DNA from: Eledone cirrhosa
Lineage: Eukaryota
Reading direction: 5' to 3'
Assembly: GCA_964016885.1 (NCBI GenBank)
Contig: OZ024743.1
Span: 160,890,001 to 160,954,000 of the forward strand
DNA: 64,000 nt
A program made the position numbers and the translations under genes. Below are positions 40,624 through 53,796 of this stretch, piece after piece. The notes beneath the pieces are model-generated. The model had not been told where the DNA came from. It saw only the letters and a list, made by a program, of their open reading frames with translations, and ran no database searches. Each line of letters starts with the position of its first letter. Position 1 is the stretch's first letter.

Positions 40624-40830
40624 TTCTTTGTCAGTGTTCAACAAAACGGCAACGATGGTTGCCGAACACTGTACGGCTGCTTAATTCGGGCTGTTTGTTT
40701 ACAAACAAACCGAACATTATCATAAATATTCGTTGAACCCATACGTTCATATATATATATATGTGTGCATGTATGTATATACATACTACTGTACGTCTGT
40801 ATACTACTGTACGTATACATACTTATATTT

Positions 40831-40960
<130 letters not shown>

Positions 40961-41119
40961 GGAAGTTTAGTAAAATCGAAGCTTCGGCTGCACCCAAGCC
41001 AACGAAATACAATGAGGTATAGTGCAGCCAAGCACTCAATGAGGAGTATCAGAGTAATAACATTCGTTACACGGCATGACAAATTGCAAACTGTGGCAAG
41101 CAGGCCCAGCCACGACACC

Positions 41120-41164
<45 letters not shown>

Positions 41165-41941
41165 TAGTTTGTGTATATGTAAATCTTTATATTTGATAAT
41201 CTCCCATAAGGTTGAGATGCAATTTAGGCAATATTAGGCTGCGCTTTCTAGCAACCAGCCCACTAGCAGTAAGGCACCAATCACATTCTTTCTAACTTGA
41301 CCACTGCCATGTCACAGTTCTTAGCCATTTTGAATTCGTTTCTGGCGGGGATCATTTAAGAAAATTCTTCGTCCAAGTAAGTTTGTTTCCTGATGATTTC
41401 GAAGCTCGTGAATTTATCCTTGATCGGATATTTCCAAGAGCGAAAGAAACGCCATGGGGTAGAAACGTAATCTTGGCATGTTTATATACATTTTTTTCTT
41501 CTAACTTTAATTTTATACCTAATTGTGTATGGTTGACGATATATTTAATCGATTTCCACGTGCTATTGAAATGCTGGGTAAATATTCTATAGCTGTTGAT
41601 CGTGAATAGATGGCTGTCGTTTCTTCATAGGTCCTTTTTAATATTATAGCCTGGTTTAATTGTTTTTTTTGTGTGTGGTTGATTATGCTGATTGGGAGAG
41701 GAGATGGTGTATATATCTTATCGAATGATTCTATGGACATACTTTATTGTATATATATATATATATATACCTTCTCAGCTCACATACCACAACAAAAATA
41801 TATCCTTTGTCACAGCTCCAGTCTGACGAGCACATCGATACTGGAGTTGAGTCCATAGCTCCTATGGGTTACCTTGAGCCAATCCTCTGCGATACGCAAT
41901 AAATATTTTTCATATGTAAACGAAACTTCTTCGTTTTTTTC

Positions 41942-42061
<120 letters not shown>

Positions 42062-42511
42062 CATGTTCACTTAATTTTTTTTAAATAATTAAAATATACA
42101 CAAACATGTTTATAATGTGAAATGTATGTATATATATATATATATATATAAATGTGTGTGTGTGTGTGCATACATATATATTTGTGTGTGTGTATATATA
42201 TATGTGTGTGGGTGTCTGTGATCTATATACACTGGTCACAGACACACACACATGCATATATACACACACTCACATATATATATATACACAACAACACCAC
42301 CTTTCTCTCTTCCATTCTCCTTCACTGTCTCATCTCCCTCTCTCTATACCTCTCTTTCAATCTACTCTCTCACAACCACTATATCTTTCTTTCTATCTCT
42401 CTCTCTCTTTGTTTATGAAGGTACCCGGAACAATCCCATATCTCGGGACACCATCCTCCAATTTACGCGAAACTTGTTTTATTCCATTTGTATTCTTCCT
42501 TACAAACTATT

Positions 42512-42827
42512 TAAATGTCGAGTAAACTCGGCTGCTATTTTTAGTGGCGTGAGTGTACGAGACACGCTAAGTTCGGGAACCATGTGTGTTACATATACAC
42601 ACATTATCCAGTTTTTTTTTTATTAGAATTAGAAGTGGTCAGGATACTAATTTGTTCACCCGCTGATGAGCTTAGGACTTTGGTACTCCTTTTTACAAAT
42701 AATATTGCGAAACAGTTCTATCAAAAACTCTGGAAAATATCTTTCTGTAGAGTGCCTTCAATCTACTGTAAACCCATTCTTTGATGTATTCATTGAATCT
42801 TGTTTAACTCTTTAAAATATCTATATA

Positions 42828-42896
<69 letters not shown>

Positions 42897-43298
42897 TAAC
42901 TGAACAAAAAAGAAAAACGAACGCAGATATTTACATATATGTGTTCAAATTGTAATGGACCAGAATCGCCAAGGTGAAAAAAATACTAAGTATTGACAAT
43001 AGGGTTTGCCAGACCCAATTTAAGAATAAATCGAGAAAAATAAATACAAATAATAATTGTGGTAACAACCGAACACCCGGACAGTTTTGATAGAACTGTT
43101 TCGCAATATTATTTGTGAAAAGGAGCACCAAAGTCCTAAGCTCATCAGCGGGTGAAGAAATTAGTATCCTGATCACTTCTAAATCTAATTTTAAAAAAAC
43201 TGGATAGTGTGTGTATATGTAACACACATGGTTCCTGAACTTAGCGTGTTTCGTATACTCACGCCACTAAAAATACCAGACTAGTTTAGTTGACATTT
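42512..43298. repeat. About 220 bp inverted repeat pair (42512-42729 / 43081-43298) carrying a hammerhead motif
   Basis: tttagtggcgtgagt...ctgatgagcttaggac...gcgaaacagttctatcaaaa on + and its reverse complement. Confidence 0.85.
43074..43154 (-). ncRNA. Type I hammerhead ribozyme with extended domain II
   Basis: cacccg CTGATGA gc...gc GAA acagtt ctatcaa aactg TC cgggtg: perfect stems I and III, canonical core, GUC cleavage triplet at 43080. Confidence 0.75.
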
Positions 43299-43346
43299 AT
43301 ATATATATATATATATATGTACATATATATGTATATATATAATAAA

Positions 43347-43965
43347 ATAACAGGAGGCTGGACTTGTGTAAATCCTTGAAAGATTTATTATACTATGATC
43401 ATTTCAATGACCGGGTTCCGTATGAATCCGATGATATCATCAGGTATTCGAAATATAACAAAGGAATATAACAGACAAAATCCATTGACAGACTTCCCAC
43501 TAGCACACCCGAAGCCTAAGACAGCCACATTCCTAGAGTACTCGGAAAAATTTATTTCCATCTATTTCGCTAGACGATATCACTCGGAACGGTTGACATG
43601 TGGTTAGGAAGGGCTGGCCGGAGTCTACAGTCGTCGCGTGTTATTGACTGCTAAACAAGGGCTTAATCTTTACTCTATATCCCACTCTGAAAACTTATCG
43701 AGAATCTCTATAATACACTTAAACTTTTTCACATAAGACTCTCTCTGTAAATTTTTTAACTAAATCTCACAACCCAAACCTTAAACTATTTTCAATTGTT
43801 TAATTCTTTAATTTCATCCTATAACTCTAAACATAAGTTTAACGTTCCAATTTTCTGTTCACACATTATACCATACAGACACCCACTGTGTTAAGATATA
43901 GGTTCTTTGGAAAAACATTTTTCGCGGCAATTTCTAGCCTGATTATAGCATGACCTTAACGCTGA

Positions 43966-44017
<52 letters not shown>

Positions 44018-44312
44018 TTTTTTCTCTTTGACAGGAGGGTAGTAGTACATTATTAGCTTTCGCCCCCTCACTAGATGGTCATAAGTAGACCGAATGGCCA
44101 ACACTTGAGGGCGACCGACTAAGGTAGAAGATGCTAGATAGTCGGTCGTCCTCTTGTTTATGATTTTCAGCCCCATGGATTTCATCTGTTATATTCCTTT
44201 GTTATATTTCGAATACCTGATGATATCACCGGATTCATACGGAACCCGGTCATTGAAATGATCATAGTATAATAAACCTTTCAAGGATTTACACAAGTCC
44301 AGCCTCCTGTTA
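43347..44312 (-). mobile_element. Element bounded by about 130 bp inverted repeats, probably a Penelope-like relic
   Basis: 43347-43475 is the reverse complement of 44185-44312; the repeat contains cctgatga...ggaacccggtc and AATAAA; interior not translatable with confidence. Confidence 0.5.
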
Positions 44313-44464
44313 TATTATTATAATAATTAACACCGTACTCGTACCACCAACTACACAAACGAAGACGGGTGAGCTGCATTACGTTGAGTACTCTCCTTAA
44401 TATTACATCGATATTGACCATACGAAATGACCAATTCTATTCAGTGGTGAACCAACAAACCTAA

Positions 44465-44529
<65 letters not shown>

Positions 44530-45726
44530 ACAACACCACCATCTCTCTTCCATTCTCCTTCTCTGTATCCTCTCCCTATCTCTATGTCCCTCTTTCCATC
44601 TACTCTGTCACAACCACTATCTCTTTCCGGAAAAAACCAATATCTCGGGAAGCCGTAGTCCGATTTACGCGAAACTTGTTTTATTGTTTTATTTCATTTG
44701 TATTCCCATTTCAGAGGCAACTTCCTTTCAAAGTATTTCCCATTATGCGCCCTTTTGGCTGTATTACATTACAGACAAGCACGCAAGCGATCACATACTT
44801 TTAGTATTATACTAGACACCCGCGACCCGTTGGTCACGTTGGGTCACGTTCACTTCAAAATATTTTTTTTAAATCACTTAGAAATATTTTTTAAATAATT
44901 AAAATATATACAGACATGTATAATGTGAAATGATACTGGAAGGCGCATATATATATACGTGTGTGTATGTATATATATAAATGTGTGAGTGATATATATG
45001 TATGTGTATAGAATTCACAAGAATCAAAGCTATGTTCAAAGCATTTTTTCACTTACAAATGTTTCATCAAAACCTAAGCTTGGTGTCTTCGGAGCATTTT
45101 TCAATGTTTGTACACATTATTGACCTCCTTTCCAACGCAAGAGACATACAGATACATATATATTGTGTACAGTGGAGTGACATATACAATACTATTTTTG
45201 TACAGCAATTCGAATTCAAAATCAAAATCAAAATCAAAATTTAAATAAAATCAAAATCAAAATTAAAATACATTCGACAGATAACACAGATAATGCAAGA
45301 GGATAGTTTGATAGTCATATCTAGTAGGTAGTGTATGCGTTAGTTACACATGGAGCATGGAAGTGTGTCTCATCTTTATACTATTATTGTGTGGCAGGGT
45401 GTTACACGTAATGCAAGCACTTTAAGCGGGTAAGCAAGATTATTATGGTGGTTGTAGTGGTAAGGTATTTTTTGTATAGAACAAAAAAGTATGTGTGCAG
45501 AAAAAGAAAAAGAAAAAGAAGAAGCAAAAGAAAGTTATGGTTTTCGTATCCACCACCATTTTTACATTCAGAAAAAGTAAGATATAGTTTCTACATCCAT
45601 CACATAAGTAACGATGGTAATACGTAATAATAAATTACTGACCTTCACTGTTTAGGGTTTAAAATATACATAACTATGAAAAGTTTTAATATATACATAA
45701 CCATAAATAGTATCCCTAATATTATG

Positions 45727-45761
<35 letters not shown>

Positions 45762-45852
45762 GTGGCTGTCTGTGATCTATATACACTGGTTATAGGCACA
45801 CACACAAACACACATATATATACACACACTCACATATATATATATACACCAA

Positions 45853-45915
<63 letters not shown>

Positions 45916-46242
45916 ACAACACCACCAGCTCTATTCTCTTCCATTCCCCTTCACTGTCTCCTCTCCCTCTCTCTGTGTCTCTCTTTCAATCTATTCTGTC
46001 ACAACCACTATCTCTTTCTCTATCTCTCTCTCTCTCTCTCTGTTTGTGCAGGTACCCGGAAAACCCCATATCTCGGGAAGCGGTGGTCCGATTTATGCGA
46101 AACTTGTTTTATTCCATTTGAATTCCCATTTCAGTGGGAACTTCCTTTCAAAGTATTTCCCAATTATGCACCCTTTTGGCTGTATTACATTACAGACAAG
46201 CACACAAGCAACCACAAACTGTCAGTAATATATAATAATATA

Positions 46243-46363
<121 letters not shown>

Positions 46364-47741
46364 CAAATAGTTTTATCACTCTACATGACTGAATACAAGA
46401 AATATAAATCTGAGTTATTCGAATATGAATAATAATATTCGATTCCTTTGCAATTATGCAAACAGCTGTGTATCTCTTTGATATGCCACTGCTAAATAAC
46501 TCGCAATTTACCTCTCAATAATTTAGATCTATATCCAATCTATACACAACCCACATCAGAAACAGTGTTGTTGGTGAAATAGGTGAATCGAGAGACGCAT
46601 AGATATATAAACAAATCCTCCCTATTTCTTTAGTTAAGTTAATATTATCATAATTAACGCAGGGAGCATTAAAATCTAACCAGAAAATACATTTCTGCAG
46701 GGGACAAAACAATATTCGTCAATGACTAAGCTTTTCCTTTTCTGCAAAGTATGTGAGATAGCTTCAAAAAAGTTCACATCTCTGGAGCCTCACCTTTTGA
46801 CCAATCAAAATTGCTATAAAATCTCCTCAGGTTTATTTCTTTTGTGTTTAAGTATATGCCGCTATTGAAATCCTTTAGCGATTTGTATGCCAAACCTTTA
46901 CTTAAATTATCAGCAGCTGTTATAAATAATTTAACATGTATTTAATATCTTAATATCTTTCCCTATCAAATATTAAAATGGATCGTGATATAAATCAATA
47001 TTCTATTCTACTCTTGCCAAATTGATATATATATTATATATATATATGGATGAAAAATGGCGAGTTGTGTTGTTGCATATATGATATGTATAATTAAATG
47101 AAGAATTAGAAATAGAGTCCAGGACTATCCATCATATATATATGTGTACTTGTATATATATATATTTGTTTTGTATGTGTGGGTGGGTGTGTGTGTATTT
47201 GTGTGTTTATGTGTGTGTTTAATAATTTCTCAATTCATCATTCTGCGTGAAAAGGACTGCTGTCCCTTTCAATTCGTAATAAAAATATAATGAAGCTGGA
47301 ATAGACATAGGTTACAGGAACAAATGGCAACAATACCAATTATTTAGATGTTGTCTCAAACCGGATTTAATTCCGGACACAAAAACTATTAAAAAGATTG
47401 CTCCAGAGCTAAATGATCACGCTGAAAATTACAAATATCAATATTTGTTTTCCCTCCAAGTTCATCCTTAAATCTCGTAACTGTTAAACGTCAAATTGTT
47501 AGACATCTTGGCATCAAATCAATTCTCCTCTAGTAGAACATTGCATCAGAAATACATTTATAACAAGTGTATGTTTGGATGCATGTATATATGTATGAGG
47601 ATGTACGGAACTATGTATATATATGTATATATATATATATAAAACTATATATATATAAAGGCAAACAAAAATGACAAAGCAAATGACAGAGTACAACGAA
47701 GTAATATATTCGTTCTACGTTTCATATAGTAGGAAAAGAGA

Positions 47742-47778
47742 TTTAACCTTTCGGATGCTAGTCCTTCATCAGAAAATA
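47742..47778 (-). ncRNA. Degenerate minimal hammerhead-like motif, probable Penelope 3' remnant
   Basis: CTGATGA a gga ctagca tcc GAAA ggtta; stems I and III poor. Confidence 0.35.
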
Positions 47779-48167
47779 GAATGAGAAATTAAAGAATAAA
47801 TGGGATGATAGAGGAGAGAAAAATAAGAAACAACAGGTCTATTCAGGTTGCCATATTTTGGATGCATCCTTACATCTATTGGAAAACTGTAGAATCTGGT
47901 GTTAGTTTAAAAGATATTCCATTGGTTGTGTTTTTTAAAAGGCAGTGATGGAAGACGTCTGTGTTGAAATGGGAAAAATAGTTTTTCATATAGAGTGGAT
48001 GTGTGTGTGTGCGTGCGTACGTATGTGTGTGTTGTTCGTCTATATGAAGCTATGAAGATTTATGTGTATATATAAGTTTAAGAGAGAGAGGGTGTGTGTG
48101 TGTGTGTGCACGCGCACGTATGTATATACATGTGTGTGTGTATATAGATAGATATGTATATACATGT

Positions 48168-48168
<1 letters not shown>

Positions 48169-48218
<50 letters not shown>
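48169..48218. repeat. (GATA)n microsatellite
   Basis: tract abutting the 3' end of the first array element. Confidence 0.97.
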
Positions 48219-48458
48219 TGTTTCTTTATTAGCCACAGGGGCACAAAAGAAGGGGACAAATACAAAGGGGAAGTTTACATACAATAAAAACGTGTAAAAT
48301 GTTATCACAAATGGAATTTAAAAAGTTAGTCGATTTTCCCCAATAGAGGGAGACAGTTTATATGGGTAACACATACCCCCGAAAGAAAATGTGCAACCCT
48401 CATCTCCAGGAGTACGAAGAGTTTGTACTCCTTTCCTCTCCTCCTCCTTTTCCTCAAC

Positions 48459-51400
48459 CTACAGGCTGATATAGAGAGAAGGCCCATTCACTCGGGCCAT
48501 TCTCGCCACTTTCACCCACCTTTCATAAAACTTGCTGGGGTACAGCACCTCTCTCTCCATCCTGATTCTTCTTCCAGAGTGGTATTTGAAAAAAAGAATC
48601 AGTTGTTGGCCGGAGAGAAAGGTGTCTGACCTCAGCCCTTTTAACCTTGTCCACCATACAACCTCTTTCGCCATAGCTATCACACAAAGGAAAACCGCAT
48701 CTCCTTCGTTTTTGAAGGAGGGTGGCGGTTTGATCATGACAATGGACTCGGTGGTCAACTGGATTGGTCCCACCCGCGACAATAGTCGTTCTACATAGCC
48801 CCACAGGTCAGTGACGCTTGGGCAGTGTATGAATGCGTGCGCGACGGTTTCTTCGTCTTGCACGCACCTCGGACAGATCTTTTTTGCAGGGTCCCTGCCC
48901 GGGCGCCCATGTCTGTAGAGCTTGTCTCGAACTGGTAGAGCTCCTCGGTAGCACTGCCAGGCCAGGGACTTTCGGAAGTTGTCCATCGGTCCCGGGCGGA
49001 ACGTCCTACCGAACAGACTGGCCAGTTCATCTTCCTCTACGCCTAGAGTTTCACCGAGCGCGTCGTCGCACTTGCTGCGGATCAACCCTCTATAGAATGA
49101 CGAAGTGGAGTCTCCACTGATCGCCGGGTCCGCCTGCCAGAGGGCTGTGAGCGCCTGAGCACATTCGATGTGCCAGTCGCCCTTTTTCCTCGGTCTTTGC
49201 TTGACCCAGGACTGCAGCTCGGTCAGCGAGACGAGTCGTGGGAAGGCTCGCCTCACGAACGGGGCCCACACCGGTTGTCTGGTGAGGAATACGTAGAGAT
49301 GCCGCAGCCTGAGCGCGTGTTTGCGCATCGTCAACCACGGCATCCCCAGCCATCCGTTAGAAGGGTGTTGGCAGCAGATGGAACTTCTCACCAAAGGAGC
49401 CCGCCTCTTCCAAAGGAATCGGAAGAGCGCGCGTTCCATTTTGGCGAGCGTTTTGGCTGGAGAAGGCATAACGGTCAAGCGGTAGTAGATGGCGGACGTT
49501 ATAAAAGTGTTCGCCACCTCCGCTTGACCTTTCAAGGATAGTTTGCACTCGGCCCACTTCTGGGTGAGTGCAAACACCTTGGCCGTCACTTCGTTCCAGT
49601 TCTTCTCCACCTGGAGGTCCGGACCAAACCAGACCCTGAGCAGCTTTACCGGTCCTTCCGTCCAGCGTCCGACGACGCCATCGGAAGGCATCGGTTTGCC
49701 TCTCCACGATCCGAGTTGCAAACCAATGGGCTTATCCCGGATCAGCTTCGCTCCTGTGAAACTTTCGTATTCCTTCAGTAAGGTGGCGACTTCCTCGATT
49801 TGCGAGGCGCTCGACACCATTACTGTTACGTCGTCGGCGTAGGCCGACGCCGCCTTCCGCAGTCCTGGTTCCGGAGGGATGCCCTGCAATAGCTCCAACT
49901 TCCGCAGTAGTGGCTCGAGAGTCAGTACGTACAGAAGGGAGGAGAGAGGGCATCCCTGTAGAATGGATCGCGTAATATGGAACGGCTCCGAGAGGTAGCC
50001 GTTCACCTTGACCCTTGAGCAGATGTTGCTGTTGTGCATTGCAGCAATCCAGCCCCTGAACACGGGTCCGAAGCCTGCCGCCTCGAGCACCGCATCCAGG
50101 TAACGATGGTCAACCCTATCGAAAGCCTTAGACTGATCCAAGTTGATCAGGGCCCCACCGAAGCCGGGTTTACACCCTACTCTCTCTATGATGTATCGCA
50201 TGAGGTGGAGGTTGTCGTGTATGGACCTGGTCGGGATTGCGCATGTCTGCGCTTCTCCCACCAGGTTCTCGACGACAAGCGCCAGCCTCTTTGCCAACAC
50301 CTTGGCCAAAATCTGTAACTCTGTGTTTAGCAAAGTTATGGGCCGGAAGTTGCCTATGTCATCCCTCTTATTCTCGTCCTTCCTGATTAGTGTGACCACG
50401 CCCCCGGTTACAGAACTTGGAATTCTCCCGTTCTGTTACCAGTTGCAGTAGACCGCTTCCAGGAGACCGGAGAATAAGTCCGGCATTGCTACGTAAAATT
50501 CGAGACCTCGAGATTTGCGTTTGCCGCATTGGCTCAGCGCGTCCCCTATCTCAGTGGCTGAAATCGGCTTTTCGCAGAACTTTGCCTCGCTGTCCGAGAG
50601 TCGCGGTAGGCCGTCGAGGTATGGACCAAAATTCATAGCCTCCCCCCCCCCGAACAGCTGAGCAAAGTGCGGCTGAAAAGCCGTACACATCTGCTTCGGC
50701 TCACGTATCACGCGTCCGTTTTGGTCCTTCAAAGACCGAATCGTGGACTTGTTGCCACTTTTTGCCTCCGTCACTCGGGCCCAGCTAACAGCTTTGGCTC
50801 CTTCGTTTCACAGAGCACGTATTTTGCTTCTGACAACGCAGCCCTCGTGCTTTGAGTCGAAGAACTGGTCCAAGGCCGTTCTCGTTGCTAGCACACTGGC
50901 TACGTTGCCACTTCTAATTGCCTCTTCTACTTTATCTACCAGTTCCTTCTCGGTTCTATTTCTATCTAACGCTAATTCTTTACTAAAAACTATCGAGTCT
51001 AATCTAACTGCCCTCTTGAGAGAGTACCACCATCTGTTGTTGAGAATGGCCCCTGTCAAGTGCTGTTTAACTAAAGTGCTAATCCGTCTACTGTAGGCTT
51101 TGCTTGTCGGTAACGACAAGTTCAGCTTCCAGTAGCCGGGTCCTTGTCTATGGGTTCTATCAAGGTTGGCCATGCAGGTCACTAGTTTGTGATCTGAATA
51201 GGCAACCATGAACATTTGTGGACAGCTTAACATGTCCCTATCCTTATTTCTAACTAGAACCCTATCTAGGTACGATCTAGATGTTCCGCTACGATTACTC
51301 CACGTTCACAGTGGCGCAGTCGGAAAATCTAGTCGATATCTATCGGCCAGGTCAAATCGGTCGATTAACTGTTTGAGGCTGTTACACCCCCCTTTATCGG

Positions 51401-51869
51401 GACATGCTCCCACATAGTCCCAACGTGCATCTAGGAATCCATTCCAGTCCCCCACTAAAAGCAAGGAGCGGGACGTTCCCAGAAAAGTCTCTAGACGTTT
51501 GAAGATGTCTGGCCGCGGTGTCCCGGATGGGGCATATGCGGCCACCAGCCTGAAGGCTCCACCTTCACTACCGTCAACGTCTCGGACCACCAGTCGACCC
51601 TCCGGGTCCAGATGTACCGTCTGTGTTACGAGGCCCAGGTGTTTCCGCAACAAAACGGCAACTCCGCCCCCACCCCCCGGTTGACAGAGAGATGCGTAGA
51701 TCTCAAAGTCATCGAAGATGGGGGCCAGCTGTCGCTCGCTGTGGATCCTGGACTCGCAAATGGCTACCACATCCATACTGTGCGACCTGAGGTCGTTTAA
51801 GAGTTTGCCCTGTTTCCAGGGCATCCCCAGGCCGCGTACGTTCAAACATCCAACTCTTATATTGGCCAT
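48459..51869 (-). pseudogene. ORF2 APE-RT-zinc finger with a few stops/frameshifts
   Basis: MANIRVGCLNVRG, GDWN, YSDH, FRPITLLN, LDQSKAFDR, QGCPLS, YADD, CPRC...ETVAHAFIHC. Confidence 0.92.
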
Positions 51870-51902
51870 GTTGATGCTGAAAAGTTAAAAGAGGAAAAGA
51901 GA

Positions 51903-53796
51903 TCACTCACCCTTCGTCTCCTGGGGACCAGGTCGCACGATTTCCATGGGGGTGTTGGAGGGGTTGTCTGGATGGGTGGTGGTTTCCGGCGGCGTGGGGA
52001 CGGAGATGTTTGGTGGGGTGGGGTCTGGTAGGATGGGGGTGCTTGGGGTGGGGAGACATTTTAGAAGGACGCGGTTGAGTGGTTTCACGCAGGAATTCCC
52101 CACATCCTTCTCAAATGTTTCTTTTAGGGACCTATAAGTTTGTATAGGGACCCTAATCAGTTTAGGTTCAGTTTCTTGCTATTTTTAATAGAGTGGGCGA
52201 AAGTTTTCCCTTCGGTTTTGACCGAAGGGTCGTTCGTGATGGTCTCCATTAGTGTTTTGTTTTCAGTGTTTATGTAAGTGTAAGTGTAATTTTCTTGTGT
52301 TGTGTTTGTTTTTGTCTGTAGTTCTTGTGTGTGCTTTCGTTTTGTTGTAGGTATTTTGTTTTCAGGAGGTGGGAGTTTGGTTTGTGATGTTTTTGTTGTT
52401 TGTGTTGGTGGTTGTATGTTTGTGGTAGTGTTTGCTGGTTTTTTGCTTTTGTGATGTCTTTTCTTTCTTTTCGAGCGATGGGGTTCTCCCTCGTCTTCAC
52501 TGGGTGATGGCGAGATAGCCTCATCTGTTGTATCGTCTGTGTGATTGGGGAGGGGTATGTCTTGGGGAGCTGTTGTGTCTGTATGTGATTTTGCAGTGGT
52601 TTTAGGTGGAGTGGGGTTGGGTGGGCCTGTGTTTGTTGTGGTTATTTTTGTGTGTTGGTGTTGTTGTTGTTGTAGTGGTGTTGGTGGTTGTGTTGTTTTG
52701 ATGGGTGTCGGCAGAAGAGCCTTTTTTTGGTTCATTAATTTAGGACAGGAAGCCCTCAGGTGACCCCTGCTAAAGAAATGGTAACATGAAGGCCGCCTAC
52801 CCTCAACCGAAAAGTTTATGTAGGTGAGTCCGTCCAGGAGTACACATTGTGGGATCATAGCTATTCGCTCTGGGCTCATTTGCACCAGAACTTCAATGCT
52901 AGTCCCATTGAATTCATCTCTGGGGGACTTGCCTACTGACAGTATTCTGTCTTCATCAAAATTGATGAAGCCGCACAGTATCCACCTTATGTTCACCTTT
53001 GGTATGACACTCGTGATTCTGATCTTTTGTGTCCTTTTTCCCATGTATGTAGGGAAAAAGGTGTACAGGTTGTATACAATTGGCGACACAGAGTAATTTT
53101 GGGCCGTCAATTGATCCTTCATGAGTACCGATATACTCCCAAAAAGTTTGCTTCTTTGAATGAATGCAATATCATTCATTGAATTTCTTTCTGTGACAAT
53201 TGGACTGGTTTTCGGGTAGAATTGGAACTGTCCTAAAAACTATCGTTTTGAGAGCAGTTTCCTTGCGAATTTCTACCGGAGAATTGATGCTGAAAGCACC
53301 GTTTTTTTCGAAACTGACATACATATCTCCTAGCGTCCTTTAAAAGTTGTTCAGCATTTGTTATGTCGAGATATATCAATTCTTCCTTTTTTTTAACTTT
53401 CTCTGCAAAGGAGATTTTTGATTTCTTTGTGGAATCCGTGTTGTTGGTGTTGTCATTATTGTTGTTATTCTTGTTGTTATTCTTGTTGTCACCGATGTTG
53501 ATATTATTTTCCTTGGTGTTGTTGTTGTCTTTGGTGCTGGTGTTATTGGTGTTGTCTTTATTTTTTTCTTTGTTGTTGTTATCATTGCTGCTTTTATCAT
53601 CATTATTGGTGTTGCTGTTATTTTTGTTGTCATTGAATTGTTTGGTGTCATTTGTGTTGTTTGGATATGAATTCGTTTTTACATTTTCATTTTGTCTTTC
53701 CATCTCTATAGTATCTAGTGAAGAAGACGTTGTTGACTGCGAGCTTTGTAGTCTTACCGCCTCTCCACCACCATTATCGTTGGACGCAGCGTTCAT
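51903..53796 (-). pseudogene. ORF1, Asn-rich N-terminus, zinc knuckle, Thr/Pro-rich tail
   Basis: RPSCYHFFSRGHLRASC (CYHCLSRGHLRASC in copy 2). Confidence 0.8.

Larger units (their letters stand above)
39703..40830. repeat. About 390-430 bp tandem repeat with an orientation flip near 40162, one hammerhead motif per unit (retrozyme-like)
   Basis: tcgaaaaaatgaaatttcatttctcactcttagt repeats at about 39702 and 40128; 40164-40830 is the reverse complement of the unit, about 1.7 copies. Confidence 0.85.

Noticed and set aside
40985-41035. Hairpin ggctgcac...gtgcagcc enclosing GAAA-tac-aatgag-gta-ta, like half a hammerhead
   Set aside because: No CTGANGA core or stem II; at best a deleted relic
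46400-47000. Possible decayed transposase (SLVIDE-like motif on the minus strand)
   Set aside because: Single weak motif; no further catalytic motifs or termini identified
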